Positions 19,036-28,002 of a DNA stretch of 64,000 nucleotides are shown piece by piece. Every line of letters begins with the position of its first letter. Within the stretch, counting starts at the first letter, position 1. This stretch comes from Alphaproteobacteria bacterium. GTDB taxonomy: Bacteria > Pseudomonadota > Alphaproteobacteria > UBA828. The notes below the pieces were generated by a model. That model was not told the DNA's origin. It saw only the letters and a list, made by a program, of their open reading frames with translations, and searched no databases. A program made the position numbers and the translations under genes. The DNA lies in assembly GCA_965221125.1 (NCBI GenBank), contig CBDCRW010000007.1, positions 64,001-128,000 of the forward strand, given 5' to 3'.

Positions 19036-20670
19036 ATGAACAGGCTTTACTACGGCGACTGCCTGGCGGTGATGGAGGAAATGCCGCCCGGCAGCGTCGA
19101 CCTGATCTACCTCGATCCGCCCTTCAACTCGAGCCGCGACTACAACGCGATCTACACGGACGAGACCGGCCGCCCCCTGCCGACGCAGATCGAGGCGTTC
19201 TGCGACACCTGGATCCTCGACGAGGACCGCGAACGCGCGATCCGCCAGATGCCGATCCTCATGCGCGAAGCCGGCATCGACGACGAGGTCGCGGAGTTCT
19301 GGCGCCTCTGGGTCAAGGCGCTGCGCAAGACGAACCCGCGCATGCTGGCCTATCTCTCCTACATGGTGCAGCGGCTGCTCCCCATGCGCGGGCTGCTGAA
19401 GGCGACCGGCTCCATCTACCTGCACTGCGACCCGACCGCCAGCCATTACATAAAGATCATGATGGACGCCATATTCGGGCACGAAAACTTCAGAAACGAG
19501 ATTACGTGGCAGCGCACGGAAAGTCACAACACGGCCGATCGCTACGGAAATATTGCCGACATACTGTTGTATTACGCAAAGTCCAGCCAAGCCATATGGA
19601 ACCCGCAGTATCAGGACTACGGCGACGCGCAGTTGAGCCGCTTCCGCCACATGGACGGCGACGGCCGCCGCTACAAGCTGGAGAACCTCACGGCCCCGCG
19701 GCCGAACTCGAATTCCGGCAAGTTCAGCTGGCGGGGCACGCTGCCGGGGCCCACGCGCGGGTGGGGCTACAACGTCGAGCAACTGGAGGCATGGTGGCAC
19801 GAGGGGCGCATCAGGACGAAAGCCGACGGCACGCCCCGGACCGACGGACTGAAGGTCTACCTGGACGAGACGCAGGGCAAACCGCTGCAGAACATATGGA
19901 CCGACATTTCCCGAATCCCCAATACGTCGTCGGAGCGGATGGGCTACGCAACGCAAAAGCCCTTGGCGCTGCTGGAGCGCGTCATCATGGCGAGTTCGGA
20001 ACCCGGAGATCTGGTCTTCGACCCGTTCTGCGGCTGCGCCACGACCATCGAAGCCGCGCACAGGCTGGGGCGGCGATGGATCGGCATCGACATCGCGATC
20101 CACGCAATAAAGCGCGTCGCAAAGGTGCGCCTGCAGGAGCGACTTAGGCTGGTCGAAGGCAGCGATTTCGAGATCAAGGGCATGCCGCGCGACATGGAAG
20201 GCGCGCGCGATCTTTGGAAGCACGACAAGTACCACTTTCAGAAGTGGGCCGTCGAACAGGTGGACGGATTTGTCACCGCGCGAAAGAGCGGCGACGGCGG
20301 CATAGACGGCCGCCTGTACTTCGCCATGCCGCAGGAAGATGCGTGGGAACGCGACCCGCTCCGTTCCATGGTGATCGAGGTGAAGGGCGGCACTAATGTC
20401 GGCATCGATGTCGTCCGCAATTTGCGCGGCATTCTGGAGCGCGAGGACGCGGAAATGGCGGGGCTGATCGTGCTGGAAGAACCTGGTCACAAGAAGCGCG
20501 CGAGCTTCGGCCGCGAGCTGGCATTCGCCGGCGACTTGACGGTGCACGGGACGACATACCCCCGCATGCAGCTTCTCACGGTCTCGGAGATTCTGGCCGG
20601 CAAGCGCTTCACGACGCCGAGCGCGGTGGGGCGCGGCTCCCGGCAGCAACCGCTCGCCCTGGAGCGCTAA
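19036..20670 (+). CDS. N6A/N4C DNA methyltransferase (beta order) fused to a C-terminal Mrr-like PD-(D/E)xK endonuclease
   Basis: DLIYLDPPFN, YATQKPLALLER, FDPFCGCATT; C-terminal DGGIDG...IEVKGG. Confidence 0.88.
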   Translation: MNRLYYGDCLAVMEEMPPGSVDLIYLDPPFNSSRDYNAIYTDETGRPLPTQIEAFCDTWILDEDRERAIRQMPILMREAGIDDEVAEFWRLWVKALRKTNPRMLAYLSYMVQRLLPMRGLLKATGSIYLHCDPTASHYIKIMMDAIFGHENFRNEITWQRTESHNTADRYGNIADILLYYAKSSQAIWNPQYQDYGDAQLSRFRHMDGDGRRYKLENLTAPRPNSNSGKFSWRGTLPGPTRGWGYNVEQLEAWWHEGRIRTKADGTPRTDGLKVYLDETQGKPLQNIWTDISRIPNTSSERMGYATQKPLALLERVIMASSEPGDLVFDPFCGCATTIEAAHRLGRRWIGIDIAIHAIKRVAKVRLQERLRLVEGSDFEIKGMPRDMEGARDLWKHDKYHFQKWAVEQVDGFVTARKSGDGGIDGRLYFAMPQEDAWERDPLRSMVIEVKGGTNVGIDVVRNLRGILEREDAEMAGLIVLEEPGHKKRASFGRELAFAGDLTVHGTTYPRMQLLTVSEILAGKRFTTPSAVGRGSRQQPLALER

Positions 20671-20983
20671 CCCGCAGGCTGAGCGCGCGGCGCAAACGAT
20701 CTGCCGCGCGCCGGACCCCGATGCACGATGCGTCGCGTGGGCCGGAGGCGTCCCCATCCGCGAATCCCCCGGTCGCGTGGCGGATTCAAGCCTGAAAGCC
20801 GGCGTGTCACGGGAATATTTCCCCGTCGTCGTCGTTTGGCGGGGCATTTCTCCTTGACGGCCGGGCCTGTGAGCGATAGGGAACGAACCGTTTGGTCCAT
20901 TCATGGGCGAGACGCAAGGCATCTGCATTGCGCGCACCGGCACCGCCCACCGTGCCCTGCGTGAGAGACGGACCCGCTTGGGC

Positions 20984-21328
20984 ACCGTAACGGCGGTAGC
21001 CTGCCCGCTCTCTCGCCCGCGCCCCGCGCTCGCACCCCGGATCGAGGACGGCAAAGTGAGATACGGCAACGAACTTTTTTTGGGGTTTTTGCCGAGATAA
21101 GCCGAGACAAGCCGAGACAAGCCGAGACAAGGTGAGACAAGGTGAGACGGCACATCGCGGTCCACAGGCGCCCGGCCGCGCCACCGCGCTGCGCGCCTCT
21201 CCGTGCCTGTCGGCCGGACAGCGCCGCGCAGACCATGACCGTGGCGAGAAATGCGGGCCGGTCTCATGCCGCCATCCTGCCGCGAACTCCCCGCCCCGTT
21301 CACCGCACCATGGTCCGGGTGCCGGGAG
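20984..21328 (+). repeat. Dispersed ~330-bp non-coding element copy 2, with a 10-bp array at 21091-21150
   Basis: gccgagataa (gccgagacaa)x3 ggtgagacaa ggtgagacgg; flanks shared with copy 1. Confidence 0.85.
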
Positions 21329-21355
21329 GGAGGCACCGCCCTTTCCACTGGCGTC

Positions 21356-21400
21356 CCCCCTCCGCCCTTCAAGGGGGGAGGGGGCCAGGGGGAGGTGGGT
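21356..21400. repeat. REP-like GC palindrome upstream of the DUF559 gene
   Basis: ccccctccgcccttcaaggggggagggggccagggggaggtgggt; near-identical inverted copy at ~53809-53851. Confidence 0.7.
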
Positions 21401-21415
21401 GGTAAAATCCAGCGC

Positions 21416-21853
21416 ATGGTCAAACCGAGGACGCACCGCGCCCGAGGCTTGCGCAAGGACGCCACGGCGGCCGAGCGTCTCCTGTGGCGGGCCTTGCGGG
21501 ATGCGGCGCTCCCGGTGAGGATTCGCCGCCAGCACCCCATCGGGCGCTACATCGCGGACTTCGCCATTCCCGCGCGCAAGCTCGTCATCGAGATCGACGG
21601 CGGCCAGCACGTCACCGCCGCGCGCCGGGATGCCGCCCGGACGGGCAACCTGGAGGCGCGGGGCTGGCGCGTTATCCGTTTCTGGAACAACGACGTGACG
21701 GGCAACCTGGCCGGTGTGCTCGAGACCATCGTTGCTGAAATAGAAAGGAGATTATATACGAAGGTCACAATTCATCTCGTCTCGGACGAACGGCAATCGA
21801 AGATATCCTCGGGATTGACGCCCGGCCCCCTTTTGGTACACTCCCGGGCGTGA
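21416..21853 (+). CDS. DUF559 (Vsr-like) endonuclease; C-terminus replaced by IS1595 sequence after 21746
   Basis: RARGLRKDATAAERLLW...RRQHPIGRYIADF...IEIDGGQH...GWRVIRFWNNDV. Confidence 0.85.
   Translation: MVKPRTHRARGLRKDATAAERLLWRALRDAALPVRIRRQHPIGRYIADFAIPARKLVIEIDGGQHVTAARRDAARTGNLEARGWRVIRFWNNDVTGNLAGVLETIVAEIERRLYTKVTIHLVSDERQSKISSGLTPGPLLVHSRA
21815..21842 (+). promoter_or_regulatory. Sigma70-like promoter (TTGACG-N16-TACACT) inside the IS left end
   Basis: Consensus-like boxes; resembles the promoter at 22111. Confidence 0.5.
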
Positions 21854-21973
21854 TCATTGGAGTGGGTGGCGACGTGCTCGTTGACCGGTCGACGGGTTCC
21901 CTCGCCTTCGGAGGATCTCCCGTCCAACGCTGGTCCTCACCCTCCCCATCCCGTTCGTAACCTAAGTAGATAA

Positions 21974-22049
21974 TGGAGACCCGAGCCGGATTCGAACCGG
22001 CGTAAACGCCATTTCCAGGGACGCGCCTAACCACTCGAGCCATCGGGTC
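21974..22049 (-). tRNA. Atypical tRNA or tRNA-like RNA: GGA anticodon on a tRNA-Cys-like short-variable-loop body with encoded CCA
   Basis: GACCCGA-TG-GCTCGAGTGGTTAGGC-G-CGTCC-CTGGAAA-TGGCG-TTTAC-GCCGG-TTCGAAT-CCGGC-TCGGGTC-T-CCA (76 nt). Confidence 0.75.
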
Positions 22050-22110
22050 TCCATCTATTTATCGGCGTTGGCACCCTCCCCTAAGTATTTGTTTTAGAAG
22101 AAAGTTCGTC

Positions 22111-22139
22111 TTGACGCCCGTCTCCAGACGTGTTACACT
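22111..22139 (+). promoter_or_regulatory. Sigma70 promoter of the IS1595 transposase (TTGACG-N17-TACACT)
   Basis: Canonical spacing; followed by an internal IR copy ggtcacaattca (22142-22153) and an AGGAGG RBS. Confidence 0.7.
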
Positions 22140-22165
22140 TCGGTCACAATTCAGGAGGATCGGGG

Positions 22166-23146
22166 ATGGGCAAGAGTTCACCGGGCAAGGGCGACCGCGA
22201 GGGCATCGGCCTCGTCACCCTGCTGCGGATGTTCCCCGACGACGAGGCAGCGCGGCGGTGGTTCGAGGAGCGGGTGTGGCCGGACGGCCCCCACTGCCCC
22301 CACTGCGGCAGCCTCAACGTCCAGGCCGGCATCAAGCACAAGACGATGACGCACCGGTGCCGCGACTGCTCCAACCGCCCGATGTTCAGCCTGCGGACCG
22401 GCACCGTCATGCAGGGCTCGAAGCTCGGCTACCAGACCTGGGCCATCGCGGTCTACCTGCTGACGACGAGCCTCAAGGGCACCAGCAGCATGAAGCTGCA
22501 TCGGGATCTTGAGATCACCCAAAAATCTGCTTGGCATCTGATGCATAGGCTCCGGAAATCGTTCGAGAACGACCCCGAGCCGTTCAAGGGTCCGGTGGAG
22601 GCGGACGAGACGTACATCGGCGGCAAGCGTAAGAATATGCACGCCAAGAAACGGCGGGAATTGAAGGGCCGGGGTGCCGTGGGTAAGACCGCCGTGGTCG
22701 GTGTTCGGGACCGTGACACCAAGCGCGTGAGCGCCGGGGTGGTGGAGGCGACCGATGGTCCCACGTTGCAGGGATTCGTGGCCGAGCGGGCCGCCGAGGG
22801 GACCACGGTCTATACCGACGAGGCGCGGGCGTACCAGGGCATGTCGTTCGCCCACGAGGCAGTTGCCCACAGCGTCGGGGAGTACGTCCGGGACCAGGCT
22901 CACACCAACGGGATGGAGAGCTTCTGGTCGATGCTCAAGCGCGGGTACGTCGGCACCTACCACAAGCTCAGCCCGAAGCACCTCGACCGGTACGTGACCG
23001 AGTTCGCGGGACGGCACAACGCCCGCGCCGCCGACACCCTCGATCAGATGACCGGCATCGTGACGGGAATGGTGGGGAAGCGGCTCCGGTACGCGGACCT
23101 GATCGCGGACAACGGACTGGAGTCGGGGGCGAAGCCGACTAAGTAG
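22166..23146 (+). CDS. IS1595-family transposase
   Basis: Zn finger CPHC...CRDC, QKSAWHLMHRLR, VEADETYIGG, VYTDE, HTNGMESFW. Confidence 0.95.
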   Translation: MGKSSPGKGDREGIGLVTLLRMFPDDEAARRWFEERVWPDGPHCPHCGSLNVQAGIKHKTMTHRCRDCSNRPMFSLRTGTVMQGSKLGYQTWAIAVYLLTTSLKGTSSMKLHRDLEITQKSAWHLMHRLRKSFENDPEPFKGPVEADETYIGGKRKNMHAKKRRELKGRGAVGKTAVVGVRDRDTKRVSAGVVEATDGPTLQGFVAERAAEGTTVYTDEARAYQGMSFAHEAVAHSVGEYVRDQAHTNGMESFWSMLKRGYVGTYHKLSPKHLDRYVTEFAGRHNARAADTLDQMTGIVTGMVGKRLRYADLIADNGLESGAKPTK

Positions 23147-23151
23147 GATTC

Positions 23152-23367
23152 ATGGAAGAGAACGCCTTTTATCCCAAGACCGTGGACAAGCCTAGTCCTG
23201 CTAATTATCCGACCGAACAAGATTTCGCGCTTGCTCACAGAGAGTGGTTTGAATGTACCGTGCTTCCTGAGCAACCTGATTGGTGTAATTGGTGTCAGTC
23301 TGTGACGATGGATATTTCAACCGGGAAATTTCATCACAAAGATGGGTGTCCAAACTCAAGAGATTAG
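23152..23367 (+). CDS. Hypothetical small AT-rich passenger protein (CxxC...HxxxC)
   Basis: 71-aa ORF immediately after the transposase. Confidence 0.4.
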   Translation: MEENAFYPKTVDKPSPANYPTEQDFALAHREWFECTVLPEQPDWCNWCQSVTMDISTGKFHHKDGCPNSRD

Positions 23368-23506
23368 TCTTGACGTCGTCCTTGTGACTACCCCACTGGA
23401 TCAGTAGGCGCGCCACAGCTTTGGTGAATACCTCGACCGACTTTACGTCATACGACTCCCGTTCACCCATGCCATCTCCTCCTGTTTTGATGGGTTGATC
23501 TGATAC

Positions 23507-24052
23507 TCACCGCAGCATCTGCTGCATCAGCCGCTGCAGGTTTACATGAGAGCGGTTGGTGCTGCCAGCGGGGCTCTCCCGCTGGTTCTTGTACGCGACC
23601 CACCGTCCCGAGCGATTTTGGCAGGCGAAGGCGTAGTTGAGGCGGTAGTTCTTCGCCCCCGCGGGCCACGAGCGGTAGCGGTAGTTCCAGCAGTACCCTC
23701 CCCGGGGCGTTCGGTAGAATCCCCCCACGATGCCGTCGACCTCCCAGCGGTACGGACCGTCATGCACCACGACGGGGAAGGGGACCACGACCTTGCGCGG
23801 GTCGGTGCCGGGGCCTCCCCAGCCGACGAGGTGCTCCTTGAAGCCGGTCTCGCCATCCCGGCTGTACCCCAGGAATCGCATCTGGCGGGACCGGTGACTC
23901 TCGCCCTGCCGCTCGTGGACCGTCCGAGCGGACGCGCCGGAAACGGGGGCGGGGGTGAACTGTGCCCCGCCGGCGACCACCCGAAGGTCCGGGGTGCAGG
24001 CGGCAACGGAGACGACCCCTGCCAGTAGGGTTATCGCGACGAGCCCTCTCAT
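23507..24052 (-). CDS. Putative lipoprotein passenger; C-terminus resembles the 17-kDa surface antigen-type domain
   Basis: Lipobox VAAC; GGYCWNY...ACQNRSGRW. Confidence 0.55.
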   Translation of the reverse strand: MRGLVAITLLAGVVSVAACTPDLRVVAGGAQFTPAPVSGASARTVHERQGESHRSRQMRFLGYSRDGETGFKEHLVGWGGPGTDPRKVVVPFPVVVHDGPYRWEVDGIVGGFYRTPRGGYCWNYRYRSWPAGAKNYRLNYAFACQNRSGRWVAYKNQRESPAGSTNRSHVNLQRLMQQMLR

Positions 24053-24054
24053 GG

Positions 24055-24546
24055 CTAAAACGCGATCGTGCTCTTGGTCCCGGTGCAGTGCCGGGTGTAG
24101 AGAATCTCCAGCGCGCGGCGCAAACGGTCCGGGTCCAAGTTGTACATCGGCAGGGTGACCCGCTTGTGGCTCCCCATCGAGACCCCGGATATGACGAGGC
24201 TGAGGTAGAGCAGATCGTTCTGCGGCTCGATGTCCGCCACGACATCGTCCCCGGCGAGAGTCATGACGAGGACCTGCCCGTTGTCGGGGAAGTAGCGGTA
24301 CTCGATCTCGATGAACTCGGGGTCGACGTTATTCCAGTAGATTCGGACGTAGCCGCCCTTGCTGTCGTCCATGCCGGAGACGCACGCGCTCCGGTCGTAG
24401 ATGCGGGCGGTGGCGACCCCGTTGGCCTCCCGGAGGGGGTCCCCCGTCGTCAGGTAGTTGGTAAGCTGCTGGAAGGCGTCTCCCTGCCCCGCCTCGGCCC
24501 CGGTTGCCACCATGACTGCGGCGAGCAGTATCATCGACCATCTCAT
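24055..24546 (-). CDS. Secreted hypothetical passenger protein
   Basis: Signal peptide MRWSMILLAAVMVATGAEA; closely spaced with the downstream lipoprotein gene. Confidence 0.6.
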   Translation of the reverse strand: MRWSMILLAAVMVATGAEAGQGDAFQQLTNYLTTGDPLREANGVATARIYDRSACVSGMDDSKGGYVRIYWNNVDPEFIEIEYRYFPDNGQVLVMTLAGDDVVADIEPQNDLLYLSLVISGVSMGSHKRVTLPMYNLDPDRLRRALEILYTRHCTGTKSTIAF

Positions 24547-24802
24547 CCCACACCCCACTCCGTCGCCCCGGTCCCGGCGGGCGCCGGGCCGTTGCAAGCA
24601 ACACACGGGTTAGCGTGGGAAGCCCCGCCTATTCGTCCGGGACGAGGGAGCTACCCCCGACCCTGCACGGACTCTTGTATTCGAGCGGGCGACCCGACTC
24701 AGCGGGTACCCGTGTCTTGCTTGCGGAAACGAGCGTAGGGGAGAGGACGCCGGACGGTCAACCCGACTTGACTACCGGGCGGACGGCGACCATCAAGAGA
24801 AC

Positions 24803-24997
24803 GTGGATCAGGAACCCCGCGAGGACCCGAAACCCCCCTCCTGCCTCACGTGCCAGCACTGGTGGCCGCGGGCGGAGGGCGGGGGAACGTGCGGCAAGGT
24901 GATCGGGACCCAGAACGTCACCGAGGCGTACGACTGGTGCCGTGAGCACCAACCCCGGGGCCTGCGCGGGGTGGCCCACAAACAAACGACGTGGTAG
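24803..24997 (+). CDS. Small Cys-rich hypothetical protein
   Basis: CLTCQHW...C...WC pattern, 64 aa. Confidence 0.4.
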   Translation: MDQEPREDPKPPSCLTCQHWWPRAEGGGTCGKVIGTQNVTEAYDWCREHQPRGLRGVAHKQTTW

Positions 24998-25010
24998 GAG
25001 CGAAACCGCC

Positions 25011-25172
25011 GTGAAGGACGAGTCGAAGCCTCCCGTCGTCCGAATCAAACCCTCCAGCTATCAGCCGCCCAAGGCCGAACTGGAAGAGGACGTACGCATC
25101 GACGCCACCCCGGAGGAACTGGCGCGTGCGGTGCTGCGTCAGGTGAGAGTGGTCAAGGACCCGGAGGCGTGA
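25011..25172 (+). CDS. Small hypothetical protein at the IS right end
   Basis: AGGAG RBS, GTG start, MKDESKPPVVRIKPSSYQP...ATPEELARAVL. Confidence 0.5.
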   Translation: MKDESKPPVVRIKPSSYQPPKAELEEDVRIDATPEELARAVLRQVRVVKDPEA

Positions 25173-25204
25173 CCGGGCAATTGTGATCTAGGTATATAAT
25201 CTCC

Positions 25205-25479
25205 TTCCCGAAACAGGCGGCGACTGGACGGTCCATCCGGACGAGCACCGCACGCTGAGGGGCGTGCTGGAGAGCTGGGCAGCGCGGGCCGGCTGGACAC
25301 TGGTGTGGAAGGCGCGCGAGGACTACGGCCTGGGCGCGGCGGCGGTGTTCGAGGGCGGCTTCCTGGAGGCCGCCGACGTGCTGCTGAGCGGCCCGGCGAC
25401 GAGGCGGACCCTGGACGTCCGCGCCTATGCGGCAAACCGCCACCTGGTGGTGGACGACGCCGATGGAGCGGGCTGGTGA
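25205..25479 (+). pseudogene. 3' fragment of a TcpQ/PilL-like domain gene, truncated by IS1595
   Basis: LESWAARAGWTLVW...DY...FEGGFLEA; no start codon before the IS end; paralog of 28326-28838. Confidence 0.65.
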
Positions 25480-26015
25480 GTGCGGCGCGCATCATGGCTC
25501 TGCTGTGTTCGGTCGTTTTCGCGAGCCTGGCCTCGGCCCCACTCGCGGGGTGCATGTCGTGGGTGCCTGCGTCGGTGTCGGCGATCTCGCTCTTGGGCGA
25601 CGAACCCGATCCTGCGGAGACGCGTCTTGTCGAGGCGGTCGAGCGCGCCGAGCGGGCGCTGGCCTTGCTCGCCTGCGCGGTGCCGGCGCTGGATCCGGAG
25701 TCGGGGCTGCCGGACGCGCGTTCCGTGCCCGCCGCGTTGCGCACCCCTGTGACGCTGGACTGGACGGGGCCGGTGGAGGCGCTGGCGGACGAGCTGGCGC
25801 GGCGCGCGGGCTACCGTTTCGCGGAAGCCGGCCGTCCGCCGGCGCGGCCGCTGATCGTCTCCGTCGAGGCGGACGCGCAACCGCTGATCGCAGTGCTCCG
25901 CGACGCGGGCCTGCGTGCGGGCGCTGCCGCCACGCTCACCGTCGATGCGGAACGGCGGACGGTTCTTCTCGACTGGACCGAACAGCCGGCACTCACGCCG
26001 GAGAGGGCCTGGTGA
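25476..26015 (+). CDS. dotD: DotD/TraH-family lipoprotein
   Basis: Lipobox LAGC; VTLDWTGPVEAL...AGYRF...VLRDAG. Confidence 0.8.
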   Translation: MSAARIMALLCSVVFASLASAPLAGCMSWVPASVSAISLLGDEPDPAETRLVEAVERAERALALLACAVPALDPESGLPDARSVPAALRTPVTLDWTGPVEALADELARRAGYRFAEAGRPPARPLIVSVEADAQPLIAVLRDAGLRAGAAATLTVDAERRTVLLDWTEQPALTPERAW

Positions 26016-26842
26016 TGCGGGGCCTGCGCGTCCTGGCCGTCGCGGCGCTCGGCATCGCGCTGGCACCCCTCCCCGTTCCGGCAACGGAACCGCCGCCGAG
26101 CCTGGCGGCGCTGCAGGCGTTGTCACCGGAGAGCGGACCGGATGTGCCCTTCGCGGCGGAGAAACGCGCGTCGGCCGTCCGCCTGGCCGCGCTGGGGTTC
26201 GGCGCGCGCGCGGGCCTCGCGCGGCGCACGTGGGAGATCGCCGCCATGCTGGACCGGCACGGCCCGAAACTCTCCGCGATCTACCGCTTCGGCGATCTCG
26301 TGCTGCGCGACGACGGGTTCACGGTGCTGCCGCCGGTCGTCGCCGAGACCCGCAGGGCCTTCCGGTTGGAACCCGCCGGCACGCGCGCGGCGAGCGCCCG
26401 GCGGGTGCTCAGGATTCTGGAGCCGGAGCGGCTGGTGAGCGCGGCGCCGGACTGGCGCGACTGGCTGGAGCGTTCCTGGCGCCCGGCCCAGCCGCCCGCG
26501 TCAGTGCTGTTTCCGCGCGACGACCGGGAGGAGGCCCGCTGGCGGCGTCTGCTGACCGAAGGCTGGGCCAAGGGCGTGGCCCTGGCCGACGACATCTTTG
26601 CCGCCGACCTCGACCGCCTCAGCCGCACCTTCGAAGGCGTGGTGCTCTGGCACCGGCTCAGCCGCACCGGGATGCTGACCACGCCCGGCATCGAGGTGGA
26701 ACGGGCCGGCGTTTCCGGCCACGAGAGGCTGATGCGGATCGGCGCGGCCTCGGCCCACATCGCCCGCGTCGCCCGCTTCGAACTGGACGCCGGGCGCTGG
26801 GCGCCGCCGCCGAGACCCTCGGGCCGCAGGGGCAGCCGATGA
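26015..26842 (+). CDS. dotC: DotC/TraI-family protein
   Basis: AALGFGARAGL...YRF...VLPPVV...PDWRDWL...W..GV..A; dotDCB gene order. Confidence 0.8.
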   Translation: MRGLRVLAVAALGIALAPLPVPATEPPPSLAALQALSPESGPDVPFAAEKRASAVRLAALGFGARAGLARRTWEIAAMLDRHGPKLSAIYRFGDLVLRDDGFTVLPPVVAETRRAFRLEPAGTRAASARRVLRILEPERLVSAAPDWRDWLERSWRPAQPPASVLFPRDDREEARWRRLLTEGWAKGVALADDIFAADLDRLSRTFEGVVLWHRLSRTGMLTTPGIEVERAGVSGHERLMRIGAASAHIARVARFELDAGRWAPPPRPSGRRGSR

Positions 26843-27978
26843 GCGCGCATCCCCATGAGCGGTGGCCCGAAGCCGCGCACGGCTTCCCGGCGGACAGGCT
26901 CGACGAGTTCCTGCTGTGGGCGGCCGACCGCGGCGCTTCCGACATCGCCTTCCAGACCGGCTCCCCGGCCTTCGTCGAGATCGACGGCGGTTTACAGCGC
27001 GCCACGGCCGCCGCGCTGGACGGCGTGGTCATGGGCAGGCTTTGCGAGCGCCTCTACGACGCAACCGGCGAAGGCATCCTGCGCTCGGGCCGCGCCATCG
27101 ACTGCTCGCACTCGATCACGCTGGCACGTGGGCTCTCGCAACGCTTCCGCTGCAATCTCGCACCGGTCCAGGGCGCTGCAGGCTTCGCGGTCAACATCAC
27201 GCTCCGCGTGCTGCCCGGCAAGCCCCCCACGTTCGCGGAACTGGGGGTCGAGGACGGGATCGTGCGCTCGTGGGAGCTGTGCAAGGGGCTCGTGCTGGTC
27301 ACGGGCGTGCCGGGCTCGGGCAAGTCCACCCTGCTCGCAGCCGGCACGCGCCACCTGCTGGAGCGGGGCGCGGGCCGCATACAGTCCTACGAGGCGCCGA
27401 TCGAGTACGTCTTCGACGGGATTGCCGCTGACGCGGCGCTGATGTCGTCCGCCGAGATACCCCGCCACTTCCCGAGCTTCGCGGACGGCCTGCGCTCCAG
27501 CCTCAGGCGGCGGCCTTCGGCCGTGATCGTGGGCGAGGCGCGCGACCGGGAGACCGTCGAGGCGGTGGTGAAGGCGGCGGACTACGGCATCGCCGTGTTC
27601 TCGACCGCCCACACCATCGGGGTGGCGGCGACGGTGCGCCGCATGCTGGCCGAGTTCCCCGCGCACGAGCGGGCGGAACGGGGCGCCGCGCTGATCGACG
27701 CCATGACGCTGGTGGTGACCCAGGTGCTGCTGCCCAACCCCAAGGGAGGAAGGACAGCGCTCCGCGAATGGCTCGCCTTCGACGCCGGCCTGAAGGCGGA
27801 GCTGCTGGAGAGCCCGCAGGCCAGCTGGCCCGCGAGGATCGCAGCGGCCCTGGCCGCCACCGGCAACGAGCTCGCGGCCGCCGCCCGCAAGGCGCACGCC
27901 CGGGGCCTGATCGTCGACGAAGGACTGCAACGGATCCTCGCCGGCGGCGGTGTACCGAAGCCGAACGAAGGAGATTGA
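26839..27978 (+). CDS. dotB: DotB/TraJ PilT-like ATPase
   Basis: ASDIAFQTG, GVPGSGKST, YEAPIEY, LRRRP..IVGEARD, STAH. Confidence 0.88.
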   Translation: MSAHPHERWPEAAHGFPADRLDEFLLWAADRGASDIAFQTGSPAFVEIDGGLQRATAAALDGVVMGRLCERLYDATGEGILRSGRAIDCSHSITLARGLSQRFRCNLAPVQGAAGFAVNITLRVLPGKPPTFAELGVEDGIVRSWELCKGLVLVTGVPGSGKSTLLAAGTRHLLERGAGRIQSYEAPIEYVFDGIAADAALMSSAEIPRHFPSFADGLRSSLRRRPSAVIVGEARDRETVEAVVKAADYGIAVFSTAHTIGVAATVRRMLAEFPAHERAERGAALIDAMTLVVTQVLLPNPKGGRTALREWLAFDAGLKAELLESPQASWPARIAAALAATGNELAAAARKAHARGLIVDEGLQRILAGGGVPKPNEGD

Positions 27979-28002
27979 GGCGCATGAAGGGGAGATACCG
28001 CG

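Larger units (their letters stand above)
21747..25204 (+). mobile_element. IS1595-family element with passenger genes (3458 bp)
   Basis: 26-bp terminal IRs ggagattatatacgaaggtcacaatt / aattgtgatctaggtatataatctcc (23/26 match); no matching flanking duplication. Confidence 0.88.

Noticed and set aside
18763-21540. Long antisense or alternative-frame ORFs (also 34693-36693, 37556-39724, 41050-43359, 49428-52112, 51649-54741)
   Set aside because: Shadow ORFs typical of high-GC DNA; they overlap well-supported genes and have Arg/Pro/Ala-rich composition without motifs.
21974-22049. Atypical tRNA as the att duplicate of tRNA-Ser(CGA)
   Set aside because: Its acceptor and T stems differ from 44417-44506, so it is not a direct repeat of that tRNA's 3' end.
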